A DNA stretch of 2,892 nucleotides from Candidatus Nanohalobium sp. (GTDB lineage: Archaea > Nanohalarchaeota > Nanosalinia > Nanosalinales > Nanosalinaceae), in contig JBDGTY010000059.1 in NCBI GenBank assembly GCA_042216335.1, positions 1 through 2,892 on the forward strand. Reading direction: 5' to 3'. The notes beneath the pieces are model-generated. The model was not told the origin of the DNA. It saw only the letters and a list, made by a program, of their open reading frames with translations, and did not search any database. The position numbers were made by a program, and so were the translations under genes. Shown piece after piece: positions 1 to 2,892 of the stretch; position 1 is the stretch's first letter; every line of letters begins with the position of its first letter.

Positions 1-72
1 ATCCGTAAAAGCCTCAATATCCTCTCTTCGAGACTGTAAATAGTCGCCGAGCATCCTCAACTGTTGAAGCAT
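1..72 (-). CDS. 5' end (24 codons, runs off window) of the next cas operon gene, possibly the Cas8b large subunit (type I-B)
   Basis: ATG at 72..70, 2 nt after the cas6 stop. Open frame MLQQLRMLGDYLQSRREDIEAFTD to the window edge. Position directly after cas6 and an amphipathic 'ML..L..LG' start fit Cas8b, but 24 aa cannot establish identity or subtype. Confidence 0.55.
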   Translation of the reverse strand, partial: MLQQLRMLGDYLQSRREDIEAFTD

Positions 73-74
73 TT

Positions 75-809
75 TTAGTCGTTCACCTTGTTCATGAATC
101 CGAATCCTGTGGCATTTAGTTCTCCAAGACCTGAGTCATAGGCCATCTGGATCAAGCGATACATTTCTCTGTTCGGGCATTCATATTCCAGTTCCCAGGT
201 CGTTCCTATTACTGTCGTGGTTCCTTCAGCGTATTTCAGGGGAACTGCTACTTCTTTCCGTGGCTTGTATCCTGTGAAGTAAGGCCCTTCCGGCGCTTCC
301 CTATTGTAGTATGATTCGTATTTGTGCGCCAGGTTTTCCTCTATCCTGTCGATGAATGCCTGAGAGTTATGCTCCTGCTTCCAGTAGATTTGCTGGTGAT
401 CGCCTTCAATACCGTATTCTGCAGCCTTGTCTTTATCCATCCTGACAACTATCGGAGTGCCTGTAATCATTTTTCCTTTCTCTCCGGGATCGACAGAAAT
501 CTGGTAAACATCTTTCACTGAGAACTGCTGTTCTCCGAACTCCAGTCTACTATCTTTCGCTTGTTCAGCAAATTTTTCTACTACTTTCTGGCTACTACTT
601 GCCAGGATAAAAGTCCTGCTATCGGCCCTACTCGCATCTTTCGGCGGAAATACATTTGAGAAACTGAAGTATTTGAAAGGTCTGTTATCGTGAACATCAT
701 CCAATCCTGCCTCTTCAAGCTTTCTGTAGACTGCTCCCTGCAAATCAACGTGATAAGAAGGATTATAGGCTTGATCTTTGAGAGAATCAAGTTTTAGAGC
801 AACTCTCAT
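75..809 (-). CDS. cas6: CRISPR-associated endoribonuclease Cas6 (RAMP family), haloarchaeal-like
   Basis: 244 aa. C-terminal G-rich loop GLGELNATGFG. N-terminal YHVDLQGAVY and VHDNRPFKYFSFSNVFPP motifs (conserved His). Central TGTPIVVR and F...IEENL..KY motifs. All are typical of archaeal Cas6. Confidence 0.96.
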   Translation of the reverse strand: MRVALKLDSLKDQAYNPSYHVDLQGAVYRKLEEAGLDDVHDNRPFKYFSFSNVFPPKDASRADSRTFILASSSQKVVEKFAEQAKDSRLEFGEQQFSVKDVYQISVDPGEKGKMITGTPIVVRMDKDKAAEYGIEGDHQQIYWKQEHNSQAFIDRIEENLAHKYESYYNREAPEGPYFTGYKPRKEVAVPLKYAEGTTTVIGTTWELEYECPNREMYRLIQMAYDSGLGELNATGFGFMNKVND

Positions 810-829
810 ATTTATTGTTTGAATAATGC

Positions 830-845
830 GTTCTTTTATTCATAT
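830..845 (-). promoter_or_regulatory. Putative TATA-like element of the cas operon (probably leaderless mRNA)
   Basis: Minus strand ATATGAATAAAAG, with AATAAAAG at 840..833, about 24-31 nt upstream of the cas6 ATG (809). No Shine-Dalgarno sequence before the ATG. Imperfect consensus match. Confidence 0.4.
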
Positions 846-849
846 CGGC

Positions 850-887
850 TGATCAAAAAAATAACCATTTGATCAAAAATTTAACCA
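850..887. repeat. Tandem 18-bp imperfect direct repeat with 20-bp period
   Basis: TGATCAAAAAAATAACCA (850-867) and TGATCAAAAATTTAACCA (870-887), 16/18 identical. Each starts with the palindrome TGATCA. TTTGATCAAA (868-877) is a perfect 10-bp palindrome. Confidence 0.8.
855..879 (-). terminator. Possible oligo-T terminators of the tRNA transcript
   Basis: Minus-strand T5 (879..875) and T7 (861..855) tracts, about 55-80 nt downstream of the tRNA 3' end. Archaeal intrinsic termination occurs at T tracts. Confidence 0.4.
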
Positions 888-932
888 GAAGAATAACTGA
901 AACGTTCTAATGGCCACATTCAGCACACAGAG

Positions 933-1085
933 AGCCCCGAGAGGGATTTGAACCCTCGACCTGCTCCTAGCTTGTGACCGTTTTTCTCAGTTTGGCAGTC
1001 ATTCCGTGAATGACTGATTGCGTGTGGAGCTGAGCGTAACCAGTCCTACAAGGGAGCTGCTCTAGCCAGGCTGAGCTATCGAGGC
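933..1085 (-). tRNA. tRNA-Thr(UGU), intron-containing, CCA not encoded
   Basis: Acceptor stem GCCTCGA/TCGGGGC with discriminator U (933). D arm GCTC-AGCCTGGCTA-GAGC. Anticodon stem GCTCC/GGAGC with loop CT-TGT-A|A (anticodon at 1050..1048). Variable loop AGGTC. T arm GAGGG-TTCAAAT-CCCTC. Exons 1085..1047 and 968..933. Confidence 0.96.
969..1046 (-). other. 78-nt archaeal tRNA intron at canonical position 37/38
   Basis: Removing 969-1046 restores a 7-nt anticodon loop. Central helix C32-U33-U34-G35 pairs with intron CAAG (974..971). The 3' splice bulge is CU|A. The 5' splice site UA|G faces one extra A, giving a relaxed bulge-helix-loop rather than a strict BHB. Confidence 0.9.
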
Positions 1086-1104
1086 CTGATGTATAGTGGG
1101 GTTC

Positions 1105-1121
1105 TGTTAAGAGTTAAATAG
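1105..1121. promoter_or_regulatory. Compact divergent promoter (overlapping TATA-like boxes) for tRNA-Thr and the LysRS1-like gene
   Basis: Plus strand TTAAATA (1114-1120) lies 23-29 nt before ATG 1143. The same bases read TATTTAAC on the minus strand, 28-35 nt before the tRNA 5' end (1085). A second CTTAAC (minus) lies at 1111..1106. Confidence 0.6.
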
Positions 1122-1142
1122 TTGGGATTCTGCGGATATTTT

Positions 1143-2102
1143 ATGCCGGTTTCAAGCCTGAGTGAACTGAGGGAAAAAGATATTGAAGGTGAAAGGATTG
1201 CTGTCGGTTTCAGGCCTTCCGGTTCTCTTCATGTCGGCAACCTGTTGACTATCACGTATGCAGCAGTCTTAGCGGATGAGCTGGATAAGGAGTTGGATTT
1301 GATGGTGTGTGATACTGACTGGAGTGCGCACATCCACGAGCATCACTTGCCGGATGAGAACCGTTGTATGAAGCTGTTCTTCGAGAGGGACTGTCCATGT
1401 GACTATCACTTAAACATCGCGGAGCATCGTTTGGATGAGATCTCGGAGTTCCTGGAAGTTCTGAAAGATGAGACTGTTGATTTCGAGCCCAGCTTTCTCT
1501 CAGACCTAGAAGACGAGGAGTACGATGAGGCCTTGAGGAACGTCCTGAATTCGATGGATGAGTTCGATGATGTTTTTGGAGGCGGTTTCAGGAGGAGGTA
1601 CAGGAGTCCTGTGGCCGCGGTGTGTGAGAGATGTGGTTTCTCCGATGCGAAGGGTTCCTCTTACTCCGGGGAGATGGACTTGCTGGTTTCTGCGTGCAGG
1701 AATCCGGAGTGCGACGCGGGCTTCATGGAGACCGAACTATCCGATCCGGAGAAAGGTGTTTACTACCTTGTCGATCCTGTGCGTGACCCGGGTAGAGACG
1801 TCGCAGTACATGTTTTCGGCGGAGATTACCGTGACGCGGAGAAGGAGATGAAGACTCCGAAAGTGGAAAAGGTTGAGAAGATCACGGAGCTGGCATGCGG
1901 CGAGTCCCCAGAGTACTTCCTGGCACCGATCATCACCGACGAGGACGGCCAGCCACTGTCAAAGTCACACGATACCGGAGTAACCGTGGATGAGATCGAT
2001 GATCTGGATGAGTTTGCCGAGAACCTGGTCGACAAAGTTAGAGAGTTAGTAAATGAAAGGAATGAGTTTGTTGTCCAGGATGAGCTTCTGGAGCGGGTTT
2101 AG
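1143..2102 (+). CDS. Class I lysyl-tRNA synthetase (LysRS1)-like protein, catalytic domain only (paralogue of unknown function)
   Basis: HIGH region GFRPSGSLHVGN (His at 1230). CDTD matches LysRS1 'DDxD'. CPCDYHLNIAEH matches 'PDPxGCHxSYAEH'. Zn-ribbon CERC (1623-1634) and CRNPEC (1695-1712). VAVHVFGGDY matches 'VDFEPxGKDH'. KMSKS-like PLSKS at 1953-1967. ATG 1143 (319 aa) is preferred over TTG 1122 because the TATA box directly abuts the latter. Confidence 0.88.
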   Translation: MPVSSLSELREKDIEGERIAVGFRPSGSLHVGNLLTITYAAVLADELDKELDLMVCDTDWSAHIHEHHLPDENRCMKLFFERDCPCDYHLNIAEHRLDEISEFLEVLKDETVDFEPSFLSDLEDEEYDEALRNVLNSMDEFDDVFGGGFRRRYRSPVAAVCERCGFSDAKGSSYSGEMDLLVSACRNPECDAGFMETELSDPEKGVYYLVDPVRDPGRDVAVHVFGGDYRDAEKEMKTPKVEKVEKITELACGESPEYFLAPIITDEDGQPLSKSHDTGVTVDEIDDLDEFAENLVDKVRELVNERNEFVVQDELLERV

Positions 2103-2779
2103 TAGCGCTCCATGTTCTCCTCCACCAGATTACTCAGTCTTTCGTCAATCCCATATTTTTCTCTGATATGTTTAGAAGGCCAGTAAACAAGCTGCTCATC
2201 ATCTGTGGCTTTATCGTATTCTTCTACAGCCTTCTGTCCTCCTGCTACTGCTGATAGTTCCATCCAGTAGGACTGCATTTCAGACTTTAATTCATCACTC
2301 ATCGGAACGTCTCTTTGCTTGGCTACTTCTTCAGGTTGTGCCAGCAGTTTAAGAGACTCATCTACAGATACTCCTTCCGGAATCTCCAGGATTGTATTCA
2401 TCTCAGGTACTTCAGGGCCTCCTAGATCGAAGTTGTCTAGAGCATACTTTACACCCATCGTGGAAAAGAACTGTTTCTCCGGAGACCATACCGGCATGTC
2501 ATCTCCAGATCCGAGATATCCTCGACAGATCTCGGCAGCTACTGATCCTGCAAGTTCTGCAGTTGACATATCTGATGGCATCTCCATCTCAATTGCCGCA
2601 GGATCCACATAAACAGTATTTTCCATAGAATTATAGCTTAGGCCTGTTGGATTACCTCTGGCCTTTCTCTCTATCTCAGGCTTTTCCTGAATAGTAATCT
2701 CTGGATCAATATTAAACTCATTTGCCAGCCCAAAATACACTTCCGAAAACTGTTCCTGAAAGTCATCAAACGGAGGCAT
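2099..2779 (-). CDS. Acidic hypothetical protein, possibly a degenerate zincin-like fold
   Basis: 226-aa ORF with ATG start and Asp/Glu-rich halophilic composition. TATA-like element at the expected spacing. Stop codon overlaps that of the convergent gene (TTAG, 2099-2102). No family confidently recognised. Confidence 0.85.
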   Translation of the reverse strand: MPPFDDFQEQFSEVYFGLANEFNIDPEITIQEKPEIERKARGNPTGLSYNSMENTVYVDPAAIEMEMPSDMSTAELAGSVAAEICRGYLGSGDDMPVWSPEKQFFSTMGVKYALDNFDLGGPEVPEMNTILEIPEGVSVDESLKLLAQPEEVAKQRDVPMSDELKSEMQSYWMELSAVAGGQKAVEEYDKATDDEQLVYWPSKHIREKYGIDERLSNLVEENMERY

Positions 2780-2799
2780 ACGATATAATACGAACCAAA

Positions 2800-2810
2800 A
2801 AGTTAAATTG
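2800..2810 (-). promoter_or_regulatory. Putative TATA box of the hypothetical gene (leaderless)
   Basis: Minus strand AATTTAACT, with TTTAAC at 2807..2802, 23-28 nt upstream of ATG 2779. Same TTTAAC core as upstream of the tRNA. Confidence 0.5.
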
Positions 2811-2827
2811 TTGTCACCTAAGGATGA

Positions 2828-2892
2828 TTATGTCAGGTCTACGTCGTCTGGTGTGTCTGCGTCGGCTCCTCTGTCCTTGATTTCGCGTTCCA
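2828..2892 (-). CDS. 3' end of an upstream gene (partial, unknown product)
   Basis: Open frame from the window edge ...EREIKDRGADADTPDDVDLT* with TAA at 2830..2828. Acidic composition like the neighbouring proteins, followed by an AT-rich intergenic stretch. Confidence 0.55.
   Translation of the reverse strand, partial: EREIKDRGADADTPDDVDLT

Noticed and set aside
57..77. GTTGAAGC (63-70), identical to the haloarchaeal I-B crRNA 5' handle, at the cas6/next-gene junction where CreTA sits in Haloarcula
   Set aside because: The intergenic gap is only 2 nt, the 8-mer is antisense within the start codons of the next gene, the preceding 22 nt do not resemble the repeat, and there is no second pseudo-repeat. 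A chance match is plausible.
324..790. Short ORFs 324-521 (+) and 581-790 (-)
   Set aside because: Both are fully nested in cas6, with non-acidic composition and no motifs. They are shadow ORFs.
791..800. GTTTTAGAGC, matching the start of the S. pyogenes type II-A repeat
   Set aside because: Single copy inside the cas6 coding region, similarity stops after 10 nt, and the system type is unrelated.
850..903. Mini CRISPR array or CreA/CreR-like RNA upstream of cas6 (minus strand begins GTTTCAG at 903)
   Set aside because: The repeats are 18 bp with a 2-bp gap, leaving no spacer, and only 7 nt resemble a repeat 5' end. Worth rechecking only once the cognate repeat sequence is known.
969..1046. 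Box C/D or H/ACA guide RNA within the tRNA intron, as in the euryarchaeal tRNA-Trp intron
   Set aside because: One CUGA (990..987) but no proper RUGAUGA box or K-turn. The ACA after the basal stem is explained by complementarity to the UGU anticodon, and pocket-to-ACA distances (10 or 20 nt) do not fit the usual 14-16 nt.
1122..1142. TTG start giving the 326-aa version of the ORF
   Set aside because: It directly abuts the TATA-like box. ATG 1143 has the spacing expected for a leaderless archaeal mRNA.
1590..1604. AGG AGG AGG TAC AGG cluster as a CreT-like rare-Arg-codon toxin or internal Shine-Dalgarno site
   Set aside because: It lies in frame deep inside a long CDS, with no mini-ORF or hairpin context, and AGA/AGG codons are common throughout this window.
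1558..2035. Short ORFs 1558-1851 (+) and 1826-2035 (-)
   Set aside because: Alternative-frame or antisense shadows of the LysRS1-like gene, with the Arg/Ser-rich composition typical of off-frame translation.
1143..2102. Annotation as canonical lysS, or as a pseudogene
   Set aside because: No anticodon-binding domain and altered lysine-binding residues argue against lysS. An uninterrupted frame, intact ATP/Zn motifs and a promoter argue against a pseudogene.
2319..2628. Short ORFs 2319-2612 (+) and 2392-2628 (+)
   Set aside because: Antisense to the 226-aa acidic ORF. The Ser-rich or Leu/Gln-rich composition is what the reverse complement of an acidic gene produces.

Overview
Archaeal DNA, probably from a halophile. 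The proteins are strongly acidic but GC is only moderate, so a Nanohaloarchaeota/DPANN-like origin is plausible (inference). Left to right: (i) the start of a minus-strand CRISPR-Cas operon, with a complete haloarchaeal-type cas6 and the first 24 codons of a tightly coupled next gene (possibly cas8b); no array lies in the window; (ii) an AT-rich spacer with an 18-bp tandem direct repeat; (iii) a minus-strand tRNA-Thr(UGU) with a 78-nt intron at 37/38; (iv) divergent from the tRNA across 57 bp, a ~319-aa class I lysyl-tRNA synthetase (LysRS1) homologue reduced to the catalytic domain; (v) a convergent acidic hypothetical protein with a possibly degenerate zincin motif; (vi) the 3' tail of another minus-strand gene. 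The best candidate for an undescribed system is the LysRS1 paralogue. It keeps HIGH/KMSKS-type motifs, lacks the anticodon-binding domain, appears to have lost the lysine-specificity residues, and sits back-to-back with a tRNA whose intron can adopt two mutually exclusive folds. All alignments and folds were done by eye against remembered family motifs.
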